A stretch of 32,000 nucleotides of DNA from Opitutia bacterium KCR 482 (GTDB lineage Bacteria > Verrucomicrobiota > Verrucomicrobiia > Opitutales > Intestinicryptomonadaceae): the NCBI GenBank assembly GCA_029269845.2, contig CP149973.1:1350001-1382000 (forward strand), written 5' to 3'. Shown one piece after another: positions 14,409 to 22,569 of this stretch. Each line of letters opens with the position of its first letter. Position 1 is the stretch's first letter. The translations under genes and the position numbers were made by a program. The notes beneath the pieces are model-generated. The model did no database searches. It saw only the letters and a list, made by a program, of their open reading frames with translations, and was not told the origin of the DNA.

Positions 14409-15831
14409 CTTTCAGAGGCTCGCCTTTCAAAAACCTGTTTATGCTTCTGACCGCCTTTTTTGCCTGACCCATCGCGCTGATAACCGTAGCCGCGCCGCTT
14501 ACGATGTCGCCGCCGGCGAACACTTGCGGAATGGAGGTTTGGAGCGTTTCGGGGTCGGCTTCAAGCGTTCCCTTTTTCGTGGTTTTGAGGGAATGGCAGG
14601 TCATGGGAAGCAGCGGGTTCGGGCGGTTGCCGATTGCCGCGACAAGCGCGTCGCACGGAATCCTGAATTCGCTTCCGGCGATTTCCGAAACGCTCCTGCG
14701 CCCCGAAGAGTCAGGCTCGCCAAGCTCCATCTTAACGCATTCGAGCGCGACGATTTTCCCGTTTTCGTCGGCGATAATCCGCTTGGGGTTTGTGAGCATT
14801 TGGAAGTTCACGCCCTCCTGTTCGGCGTGGTGCACCTCTTCGGCGCGGGCGGGCATTTGCTCGCGGGCGCGCCGGTAGACGAGCGTTGATTTCGCGCCTA
14901 TGCGAAGAGCCGTCCGCGACGAGTCCATGGCGACGTTCCCGCCGCCTACGGTAATGATGTGCTTTGCCGAAACGGGAGTCGTTGCGTGGTTGGGGAAGTC
15001 GTAGGCTTTCATCAGGTTGAAGCGCGTGAGGAACTCGTTTGCGGAGAACACTCCGACGCTGTTTTCGCCCTCGATTCCGAGGAAAATCGGAAGCCCCGCG
15101 CCCGCGCCGATGAACACGGCGTCGAAGCCCTCCGCCAAGAGAGAGTCTATCGTGCGGAGCTTGCCCACAATGTAGTTAAAGTGGATTTTCACGCCCAGCT
15201 TTTTGAGAGACTCCACTTCGTGCATGACGATTTCCTTCGGAAGCCTGAACTGCGGAATGCCGTACATGAGCACGCCTCCGGGGAGGTGTAGGGCTTCGAA
15301 AATTTCCACTTCGTGCCCAGAAATAGCCAAGTCGGACGCCGCCGTAATGCCAGCGGGTCCGCAACCGATGACGGCAACCCTCTTGCCCGTGGGTTCCGCC
15401 TTTTGCGGAAGCTCTTCCAGATTGTTTATGCGCACGTAGTCCGCCGCAAAGCGTTCGAGAGTTCCGATTGCCACGGATTTCCCGCGGATTCCCAAAACGC
15501 AGCTGCCCTCGCACTGGTTTTCCTGCGGGCAGACGCGGCCGCAGACGGCGGGGAGCGCGGTCTGTTTTTTGAGTTTAAGCGCGGCGGCTTTCGGGTCGCC
15601 CTTCGCGATTTCTGCGATGAATTCGGGTATCCTGATGTTTACGGGGCACGCCGCAATGCAGCGCGGTTTGGGGCACTGCATGCAGCGGCTCGCCTCGTCC
15701 ATTGCGGCTTCGAGGGAAATTCCGTAGGGGACTTCCTCGAAGTTCGTCGCCCTGCGGGCGGGATCCTGCTCCGGAACGCTTATGCGCGGAAGTCCCGACG
15801 CCTTCAATTTTCTCGGTTTTTCTTCTGACAT
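14389..15831 (-). CDS. NfnB/GltD/SudA-like NAD(P)H-dependent FAD oxidoreductase (glutamate synthase small-chain family) with two N-terminal [4Fe-4S] motifs
   Basis: CMQCPKPRCIAACPVNIRIPEF and CGRVCPQENQCEGSCVLG are the Fe-S motifs. VAVIGCGPAGITAASDL and VGGGNVAMD are dinucleotide folds. Length is 480 aa. Confidence 0.85.
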   Translation of the reverse strand: MSEEKPRKLKASGLPRISVPEQDPARRATNFEEVPYGISLEAAMDEASRCMQCPKPRCIAACPVNIRIPEFIAEIAKGDPKAAALKLKKQTALPAVCGRVCPQENQCEGSCVLGIRGKSVAIGTLERFAADYVRINNLEELPQKAEPTGKRVAVIGCGPAGITAASDLAISGHEVEIFEALHLPGGVLMYGIPQFRLPKEIVMHEVESLKKLGVKIHFNYIVGKLRTIDSLLAEGFDAVFIGAGAGLPIFLGIEGENSVGVFSANEFLTRFNLMKAYDFPNHATTPVSAKHIITVGGGNVAMDSSRTALRIGAKSTLVYRRAREQMPARAEEVHHAEQEGVNFQMLTNPKRIIADENGKIVALECVKMELGEPDSSGRRSVSEIAGSEFRIPCDALVAAIGNRPNPLLPMTCHSLKTTKKGTLEADPETLQTSIPQVFAGGDIVSGAATVISAMGQAKKAVRSINRFLKGEPLKDETAAI

Positions 15832-15841
15832 TTCAAGCTCC

Positions 15842-18280
15842 TTACGAATGGCATTTCCCGCCGATGTGGCGCGGCATTGCCTCTATTTCCAAAAGTTTGT
15901 ACGCAGTTCTGCGCTTGCCGAGTTCGGCGAAATCGACCTCCGCGAGCGGGAAGAACGGCCCGTCTACGCACGCGAATTTTGTGCCGCCGCCGACGCTTAC
16001 GCGGCACGCGCCGCACATGCCCGTGCCGTCCACCATAATCGGGTTGAGGGCGCACTGCGCGTTCGAAACGCCCGACGGCAGAGCCGCCGCGCACTGCTTC
16101 ATCATAAACACGCAGCCGATGGCGACGACGGAATCAAAGCCCGCGCCGAAATTTTTCAAAACGTCGCGGCAGCCGCCCTTCATGCCTTCGCTACCGTCGC
16201 GCGTGGCGACATAAAGCTTTTCGCAGACTTTCGAAAGCTCGTCCTTGAAGAAAAGCATGTACGACGACGAAGCCTCTATCGCGCATTCGACCTTCACGCC
16301 CCGCGCGGTAAGTTCGCGGGCAATCGGGTAGATTGCTCCTATGCCGTAGCAGCCGCCCAAAAGCAGGGCTTTCGAGCCTTTTTCGAATTTGTCGAGGTCT
16401 ACGGGCGTGCCGAGCGGCCCGCTTGCGACGGATAGTTTGTCGCCCGCCGAAAGCGCGCCTATTTCCGCGCTCGACCTGCCGACCTCCTCTATTATGAATT
16501 TTACCCAGCCCTCTTCGGCGTTCCAGTCGGCAATCGTGAACGGCGAGCGTTCGCTGTCGGCGTTCGCCATGAGGATTGCAAAGTGCCCCGCGCGGGCGTA
16601 TTTCGCCATGTCGGGAGCTTTTATTTTCAGCGAGTGGAAGTTTGGCGCAAGCTCGATGTTTTCGAGAATTTCGAAGCCGCCCTCCTCTTTCGCCTTGCTT
16701 TCCGCCGTCTTTTCGGGAGATTTTTTGAGGCCGAGCAGTTCCAAATCGGGAACGTAGTCGGCGAGGAAATGCCCGAACGCCATTTCGGGCAGATTGCGCT
16801 TGTCGGAGCGGGGGTCGGCGAAATCTTCGGGGATTTTTTCAAGCTCGAAGTCGAACGCCTTAACGTCTATTCCGCATTTCACGCAGACGTCGGAAAGGTA
16901 TCCGCTTATCGGGCGTTGGTCGAGGCGCGTTGCGACGGCTGCCGCCGCCGCGAATTTCGCCCCGCCTGCGTCGGCAAACGTACCCGCGCTCTCCCCGAAA
17001 ACCGCGATGGGAAGCACGAGTTCCGCTTTGTCCTGCAATGGCGTTTTAAGGAAGTCCGCAACTATGAGATGCGGAATTTTAGCGGCAAGCTCCGCGGCAA
17101 GATAAGAGCCTACGGTGAATGCGGCTTCGTATTTTCCCTCGGAAATTTCGCGGAGGGTTTCGGCGTCGAGGGAAGCGTCGTTGACCGCCGCCTTTACGAG
17201 TTTTGCCCCGAATTTTGCCGCCAACGCCCGAACCGCCTTGCGCGATTCGTAAAAGCCCCCGACGTGCTCGACCATCAGGATTTTTCCGCCCGCGTTTTCG
17301 AGGATTTCCGCGAATTTGCCGGCAATCTCCTCCGCATGCGCGGGAACCTGCTCGCCGTTTCGCATTATCTTCGCGCGCAAAAGGCGTTTTCTGCTGTTCA
17401 TTATCTGCGGAATGGCAAAACGGCCGAGGGCGCAGAGAGCGTCGCCCTTTTCGAGCGACACCGCGTGCGCCGAAACTATCCTGCCGTCCTTGATTGCTAC
17501 TTTTACGCGGCAGTGGCGCGGGCAGAGAGCGCACACGGTCTCCGCGGTTTTTTCGGGTTTGCCGAACCACTTTGCCCAGCGGTCTGTAAGGCAGCCCGTG
17601 GGACAAGCGTCTACGCACGCGCCGCAAAATCTGCACTCTTCCGAGCTCCACGACTTTTCGAATTCCGCCGAAATTTTCGCGTTCTTTCCCCTGTTGGCAA
17701 TACCGATTGCGGGCTTGCCGTGCACCTTTTCGCAGACGCGGAAGCACCTGCCGCAAAGTATGCACAGGTTGTGGTCTTTGTCGATAAACGGGTCGTTGCG
17801 CTCCGCTTTGCCTTCGTCGTAGATGAGCGGAAGCCCGATGTCCGACTCGAATCTCGGAAGCGCGACTTGCCGCAGCTCGCAGTCGGGGCGGTTTGAGCAC
17901 GTTCCGCAGCGGGTTGTGTGCCCCGAGCGCGTGGGCTGTTTTTTTTCCGACTCGCACTCTTCGCGCGAATCGCACGAAAAGCACGGAGACGGGTGCGAGC
18001 TCATCATAAGCTCTATCGTGCGCTTGCGCTGCAATTCGAGCTTTTCGGTGTTCGTGCGCACCGTCATTCCCTCGGCGGCGGGCGTCGTGCACGACGTCGG
18101 CGTGCCGCGCATTCCGTCTATTTCGACAACGCACAGGCGGCACGCGCCGTAGGGCGAAAGTTCGTCGTGGGCGCAGAGCGACGGTATGAAAATACCCGCG
18201 TTTTTCGCCGCATCCAAAACCGTCATGCCGGCTTTCGCCTCCACGGTTTTTCCGTCTATTGTAAGTTTGAAAGTATCCAT
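15842..18280 (-). CDS. Fusion protein: a NuoG/HydA-N-terminal-like Fe-S module, a truncated molybdopterin-oxidoreductase-like linker, and a C-terminal NfnA/PyrK-like FAD plus [2Fe-2S] module
   Basis: The start is taken at ATG 18280 (MDTFKLTIDGK), 2 nt after the upstream stop. Residue numbers here follow the 833-aa track ORF. The [2Fe-2S] motif is C57/C68/C71/C85. HxxxCxxCxxxxxC occurs twice (117-130 and 142-155). There are two CxxCxxCxxxC(P) motifs (194-204 and 237-247). CALCPRHC..LCALGR (271-304) resembles a Molybdop_Fe4S4 motif. Residues 556-833 carry ERSPFTIAD, LLGGCYGIGAIYP and VDGTGMCGACRV..ACVDGP, which is NfnA/PyrK-type. Confidence 0.8.
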   Translation of the reverse strand: MDTFKLTIDGKTVEAKAGMTVLDAAKNAGIFIPSLCAHDELSPYGACRLCVVEIDGMRGTPTSCTTPAAEGMTVRTNTEKLELQRKRTIELMMSSHPSPCFSCDSREECESEKKQPTRSGHTTRCGTCSNRPDCELRQVALPRFESDIGLPLIYDEGKAERNDPFIDKDHNLCILCGRCFRVCEKVHGKPAIGIANRGKNAKISAEFEKSWSSEECRFCGACVDACPTGCLTDRWAKWFGKPEKTAETVCALCPRHCRVKVAIKDGRIVSAHAVSLEKGDALCALGRFAIPQIMNSRKRLLRAKIMRNGEQVPAHAEEIAGKFAEILENAGGKILMVEHVGGFYESRKAVRALAAKFGAKLVKAAVNDASLDAETLREISEGKYEAAFTVGSYLAAELAAKIPHLIVADFLKTPLQDKAELVLPIAVFGESAGTFADAGGAKFAAAAAVATRLDQRPISGYLSDVCVKCGIDVKAFDFELEKIPEDFADPRSDKRNLPEMAFGHFLADYVPDLELLGLKKSPEKTAESKAKEEGGFEILENIELAPNFHSLKIKAPDMAKYARAGHFAILMANADSERSPFTIADWNAEEGWVKFIIEEVGRSSAEIGALSAGDKLSVASGPLGTPVDLDKFEKGSKALLLGGCYGIGAIYPIARELTARGVKVECAIEASSSYMLFFKDELSKVCEKLYVATRDGSEGMKGGCRDVLKNFGAGFDSVVAIGCVFMMKQCAAALPSGVSNAQCALNPIMVDGTGMCGACRVSVGGGTKFACVDGPFFPLAEVDFAELGKRRTAYKLLEIEAMPRHIGGKCHS

Positions 18281-18282
18281 AA

Positions 18283-20139
18283 TTATCGCCTTGTGATTGC
18301 CCCGAATTTGCATGTCTGGAAGCACGCCCCGCAAGAAATGCACTTGGACGCGTCTATTGAATGCGGCTTTTTAAGCCCGCCCGAAATCGCGCCCGTGGGG
18401 CAGGCGCGTTCGCACAGCGTACAGCCTTTGCATTTGTCCCGCTCGACAGCGTAGACCACGAGTTTCGAGCACGCAAGCGCGGGGCACTTTTTTTCCTCTA
18501 TGTGCGCCTTGTACTCGTCGCCGAAGTAGCGCAGAGTTGTGAGAATCGGGTTCGGCGCGGTTTGACCCAAGCCGCACAGCGACGACTCTTTCATTGTCTG
18601 CGCGATTTTTTTGAGGCGTTCGATGTCGCCCTCTTCGCCGTGTCCCGACGTTATTTTTTCGAGAATGCGGTGGAGGTGCTGCGTTCCCATTCTGCACGGA
18701 ACGCATTTTCCGCACGATTCGTTTTCGGTGAAGTTGACGAAGTATTTTGCGACTTCGACCATGCACGAGTCTTCGTTCATTACGACCATGCCGCCCGAAC
18801 CGATTATCGAGCCTACCGCGGCAAGGTTTTCGTAGTCTACGGGCAGGCCGAAGTGCTCTTTTGTAAGACAGCCGCCCGACGGACCGCCCGTCTGCACGGC
18901 TTTGAAGTTTTTGCCGTCGGTACAGCCGCCGCCGATTTTGTTTACGATGTCGCCGAGCTTTATGCCAAGCTCCACTTCAATAAGCCCAGTGCGCTTGATT
19001 TTCCCCGCGAGCGAGAACGTCTTTGTTCCCCTGCTCTTTTCGGAGCCGAACGCCGCGTATTTGTCCGCGCCCATTCTCATTATGGAGCTTGTCGCGGCGA
19101 GCGTTTCGACGTTGTTGATGTTGGTGGGTTTTTTGAAAAGTCCGCTGTTTGCGGGGAACGGCGGCTTTGGGCGCGGCATTGCGCGGACGCCCTCTATGCT
19201 CGCCATGAGCGATGTTTCCTCGCCGCAGACAAACGCGCCAGAACCTTTTTTTATTTTTATTTCGAACTCGAAGCCGTTTTCGAGCTTTTTGCGCAAAAGC
19301 CCCGCCTCCTCCGCCTGTTTTATTGCTGTTTTCAAGCGTTCGATTGCAAGCGGATATTCACTTCTAACGTAAATGTAGGCGTGTTGCGCGCCGATTGCGT
19401 AGCCCGCAATCATAAGCCCCTCCACGATTGCGTGGGGGTCGCCTTCGAGAACGGAGCGGTCCATGAATGCGCCAGGGTCGCCCTCGTCGGCGTTGCAGAT
19501 TATGTATTTTTCGTCCGACTTCGACGCGCGGGCGAAGCTCCACTTCATTCCCGTCGGGAAGCCCGCGCCGCCCCTGCCGCGCAGTCCGCTCTTTTTCATC
19601 TCCTCGATGACGTCTTCGGGCGACATCGAAAACGCGCGTTCAAGCCCTTCGTATCCGCCGCGGGCGAGATAGTGCCAGAAATCGTCGGGGTTTATCACGC
19701 CGCAATTACGCAAAACGACGCGCTTTTGAAGCTCCACCATCGGGTGCTTTTTAAACGGAACTATGCCGTCGTATTCGGCGTCGGACATCACTGCCTCAGC
19801 CTTTTCGCGCACCGCATTTCCCCCCACAACGTGCTCTTTTACAAGCTTTGCGACGTCTTTGGGCGACACGTTCGAATACAGAACCGACGGCGTTCCGCAA
19901 GCCCTGATTTCCACGAGCGGCTCGGCATAGCAAAGCCCCAAGCACCCCGTTTCGACGAGTTCAACCTTGTCCGAAATTCCCGCAGCGGAAAGCTCTTTTT
20001 TGAACTCCTCCATTACGTCGAGCGCGCCCGCGGCTCTGCCGCAAGTTGCCGCTCCCACCAAAATGCGGGGTTTGTCGGACTCGAAAAATTCGCTCCACCG
20101 CTTTTTTGCGGACTCCCTTTGGGATTTCAAAATTTCCAT
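18283..20139 (-). CDS. NuoF/HydB-like NAD(H)-binding FMN flavoprotein with an N-terminal thioredoxin-like domain and C-terminal 2x[4Fe-4S] ferredoxin domain
   Basis: GLRGRGGAGFPTGMKW is the FMN site and ESCGKCVPCRMG is the N3-type cluster. The C-terminal motifs are CKGCTLCERACPTGAI and CISCGACFQTCKFGAI. Length is 618 aa. Its ATG at 20139 lies 1 nt after the upstream TGA. Confidence 0.88.
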   Translation of the reverse strand: MEILKSQRESAKKRWSEFFESDKPRILVGAATCGRAAGALDVMEEFKKELSAAGISDKVELVETGCLGLCYAEPLVEIRACGTPSVLYSNVSPKDVAKLVKEHVVGGNAVREKAEAVMSDAEYDGIVPFKKHPMVELQKRVVLRNCGVINPDDFWHYLARGGYEGLERAFSMSPEDVIEEMKKSGLRGRGGAGFPTGMKWSFARASKSDEKYIICNADEGDPGAFMDRSVLEGDPHAIVEGLMIAGYAIGAQHAYIYVRSEYPLAIERLKTAIKQAEEAGLLRKKLENGFEFEIKIKKGSGAFVCGEETSLMASIEGVRAMPRPKPPFPANSGLFKKPTNINNVETLAATSSIMRMGADKYAAFGSEKSRGTKTFSLAGKIKRTGLIEVELGIKLGDIVNKIGGGCTDGKNFKAVQTGGPSGGCLTKEHFGLPVDYENLAAVGSIIGSGGMVVMNEDSCMVEVAKYFVNFTENESCGKCVPCRMGTQHLHRILEKITSGHGEEGDIERLKKIAQTMKESSLCGLGQTAPNPILTTLRYFGDEYKAHIEEKKCPALACSKLVVYAVERDKCKGCTLCERACPTGAISGGLKKPHSIDASKCISCGACFQTCKFGAITRR

Positions 20140-20140
20140 G

Positions 20141-20593
20141 TCAGCGCAATCCTTCCAAAATTTTTTCGAGTTGTCCGAGGCTTATCCTCGCGTGGACTTT
20201 GTCGTCCACAACCATCGCTGGCGCGAGGGCGCACGCTCCAAGACATGCCACTCTTTCGAGGCTTATGAGTCCGTCGGGGGTTGTTTCGCCCTCCTTGATT
20301 CCGAGCCTTTCCTCCAAGGCGGCAAGAAGCGTTCCGGAGCCTCTTACGTGGCATGCCGTGCCCTTGCACACTTTTATTGTGTGCTTGCCGGGTTTTTTGA
20401 ATTTGAATTGCGCGTAAAAGCTGACTACCGAATAGGCGTCGGCTTTCGATACGGAAAAGTATTCGGCGGTGTCGGCGAGAGCCTCCTCCGAAACGTATCC
20501 GTCCCTTTCCTGAATGTCCTGAAACGCCGTGACGAGATTCTCGCGTCGCGGCGTATATTTTTTCAGTATTTCTTCGTTCTTCTTGCTAATCAT
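20141..20593 (-). CDS. NuoE/HydC-like thioredoxin-fold [2Fe-2S] subunit
   Basis: From ATG 20593 it reads MISKKNEEILKKYTPRRENLVTAFQDIQERDGYVSEEA..FYAQFKFKKPGKHTIKVCKGTACHVRG..ACLGACALAPAMVVD. The track's TTG at 20656 adds 21 poorly fitting residues. Confidence 0.85.
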   Translation of the reverse strand: MISKKNEEILKKYTPRRENLVTAFQDIQERDGYVSEEALADTAEYFSVSKADAYSVVSFYAQFKFKKPGKHTIKVCKGTACHVRGSGTLLAALEERLGIKEGETTPDGLISLERVACLGACALAPAMVVDDKVHARISLGQLEKILEGLR

Positions 20594-20675
20594 AAAAGCT
20601 GTCCTTTGACCGAGCGGCAAAGCTTCGGCAGGTTTTGGGGCGTTTTCAGTCCGCAATGAAACGCCGCCTTTTTAA

Positions 20676-20705
20676 ATTATTTCAAAATTTTCCCCGTTTT
20701 GGCAA
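20676..20705 (-). promoter_or_regulatory. Possible sigma70-type promoter of the nuoE-like operon
   Basis: On the minus strand: TTGCCA (20705-20700), an 18-nt spacer, then TGaAATAAT, an extended -10 (hexamer 20681-20676). It lies ~85 nt upstream of ATG 20593. A GGCGTTT/AAACGCC hairpin sits in the predicted leader. This is pattern match only. Confidence 0.3.
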
Positions 20706-21043
20706 ACACTTTCGTCTTTTTTTCTTAAAAAAACAAAATTCAATCGATTGAGTACCTTTGGAGCGAATATTTTACGCCATGCCGCGCCCGCTTTTTTTTT
20801 GCCGCGCAAATGCGGTGTCAACAACGTGTTTATAAATTGTAAAAATTCGGTTTAGACATTGTAGATGGATTGTAAAGATGTAAATAACCCGCATTTTTCA
20901 ACAAACCGGTAAACAGTTATGAACATTAAAAATATCCGCAATATTCTTATTTTCAAAAAGCTGCAAAGTTATTGCACTTTTTTACACCGAATAAGAATAC
21001 GGAGTATTTTTTAATTTAAATTTAACTTAATATTATCCGAAAC

Positions 21044-22345
21044 CTAAAAGAGCCTTTCAAAGAGCGCAAAGCCCGCGCCGTCATTTTGGGCGTCTGGAAG
21101 CAGAATCCTATTTTCTTTAAGGGCGAAATTTTTGTTTGCTGCAAGGAATTTTTCCACAACGCAGTCGTTTTCCTCGCGCTCGATTGAGCATGTGGAATAT
21201 TCAAGCTTTCCGCCCGCTTTTACAAAGTTCTTTGCAACTTCCAAAATTTCGCCCTGTTTTTTTGCGCAGTTTGAAATATCTTCGGAATTTAGCCTGTATC
21301 GGGCGTCGGGCCTGCGCCTCAAAACGCCTGTATTCGAACACGGAGCGTCTACAAAAACGCCGTCGAACGAAGTCGAAAGATTCCGCTCGGATAGCTTCTT
21401 TTGCAAGTCGTCTTTCAAAATGTCGCATTCCAAAACAACGGTTTTCATGAAACCGACTTTTTGCATGTTCTCGACGAGCGGCGCGGTTCGTTCGGGAACG
21501 TCAACGCTCACGAGCGAGCACTTTTTTACGTCGGCGGAATTCGCAAAACATATGTCGGCAATCGCGCGGGACTTTCCCCCCGGAGCGGCGCAGAGGTCGA
21601 GGAAGTCGCCGTCTTTCGGGGCGAACTGCGACGGCGCAAAAAACGTCGATGGGTCCTGTACATAAAAGTACGGAGTTTCGAGCAGACGCTTTGCGTCGCG
21701 CCAGTGCCCGCTTTTCAGCTTGAAGAAATTTTCGTATTCCGTTTTTTCGAAAAATTTTTCGAAAGGAACGAACGCGGCGTCCGCTTTCGGGTCGGGCGAC
21801 TTTCTGAAAAAAACGTCCGACGGCCTTTGGTTGGATTCCAAAATGCGAAGCGTTGTGTCGCTCCCGAATTCGCCGAGCCATTTTTCAACGAGCCATTTCG
21901 GGTGGCTGTATTTTATAGAGAGATGCTCCGCGCCGTCGCCGCCAGATTCGAGAGTTGCGATGTTTGTTTCGAGCTTTCTCAAAACGGCGTTGATGAAAGA
22001 GCTTTCGTTTTTTGAGAGCTTGCGCTTTGAAAACTCAACCCAGCTGTGGATTGTCTGCGCGTATTTTCCGCTTTCGGCCGACATCGCCTCGGCGGCCGCG
22101 CCTTTTAGAACGGCGAACACCGCGTTTTTGGGGCGCTTTCTGCACGCCGCCAAAATTGCCGACTCTATCAGAGTCTTGTTCCGCAGCCAGTGGAGAACCA
22201 CCGCCTCTACCGCGCCCCTGTGCGGACACTTGCAAGTTGCGAAATACTCGTACATTACGACATCGAACTTCGCCGACGTAGATTCCGCCATTCTGATAAT
22301 ATCGACAACCGCCGATTTTAAATCCGCACTTTTTTCCTTTTCCAT
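21044..22345 (-). CDS. rsmB: 16S rRNA (cytosine-C5)-methyltransferase, RsmB/Sun (NOL1/NOP2/Sun) family
   Basis: FLDLCAAPGGKS is the SAM site. VDAPCSNTGVLRRRPD and YSTCSIEREENDCVV carry the catalytic Cys motifs. A NusB-like N-terminal domain is present. Length is 433 aa. Confidence 0.85.
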   Translation of the reverse strand: MEKEKSADLKSAVVDIIRMAESTSAKFDVVMYEYFATCKCPHRGAVEAVVLHWLRNKTLIESAILAACRKRPKNAVFAVLKGAAAEAMSAESGKYAQTIHSWVEFSKRKLSKNESSFINAVLRKLETNIATLESGGDGAEHLSIKYSHPKWLVEKWLGEFGSDTTLRILESNQRPSDVFFRKSPDPKADAAFVPFEKFFEKTEYENFFKLKSGHWRDAKRLLETPYFYVQDPSTFFAPSQFAPKDGDFLDLCAAPGGKSRAIADICFANSADVKKCSLVSVDVPERTAPLVENMQKVGFMKTVVLECDILKDDLQKKLSERNLSTSFDGVFVDAPCSNTGVLRRRPDARYRLNSEDISNCAKKQGEILEVAKNFVKAGGKLEYSTCSIEREENDCVVEKFLAANKNFALKENRILLPDAQNDGAGFALFERLF

Positions 22346-22569
22346 TGGTTTTGCCTGTTGCGCTTGAAATTGTTCGGCGCGCAGAATAATTTACCCGCGA
22401 AAAAAGTCAAGAATTACCTTAAAAAAATACGCAACTTATTAACAAAAAAGAAGCAAAGATAATTTGACAAACCCGGTTTTTGCGCCACATTGTGTATTTA
22501 AATATTAATGCGCAGAACGGACAAACTTAAAATCCGCGCGCGCAAAATTTAATTAAATGGAAATATAAA

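Noticed and set aside
20919-21014. A 31-codon AT-rich ORF (MNIKNIRNILIFKKLQSYCTFLHRIRIRSIF) in the AT-rich spacer.
   Set aside because: It has no ribosome-binding context. Its composition simply mirrors the AT-rich DNA, and it overlaps the 10-bp inverted repeat. There is not enough evidence to call a gene.
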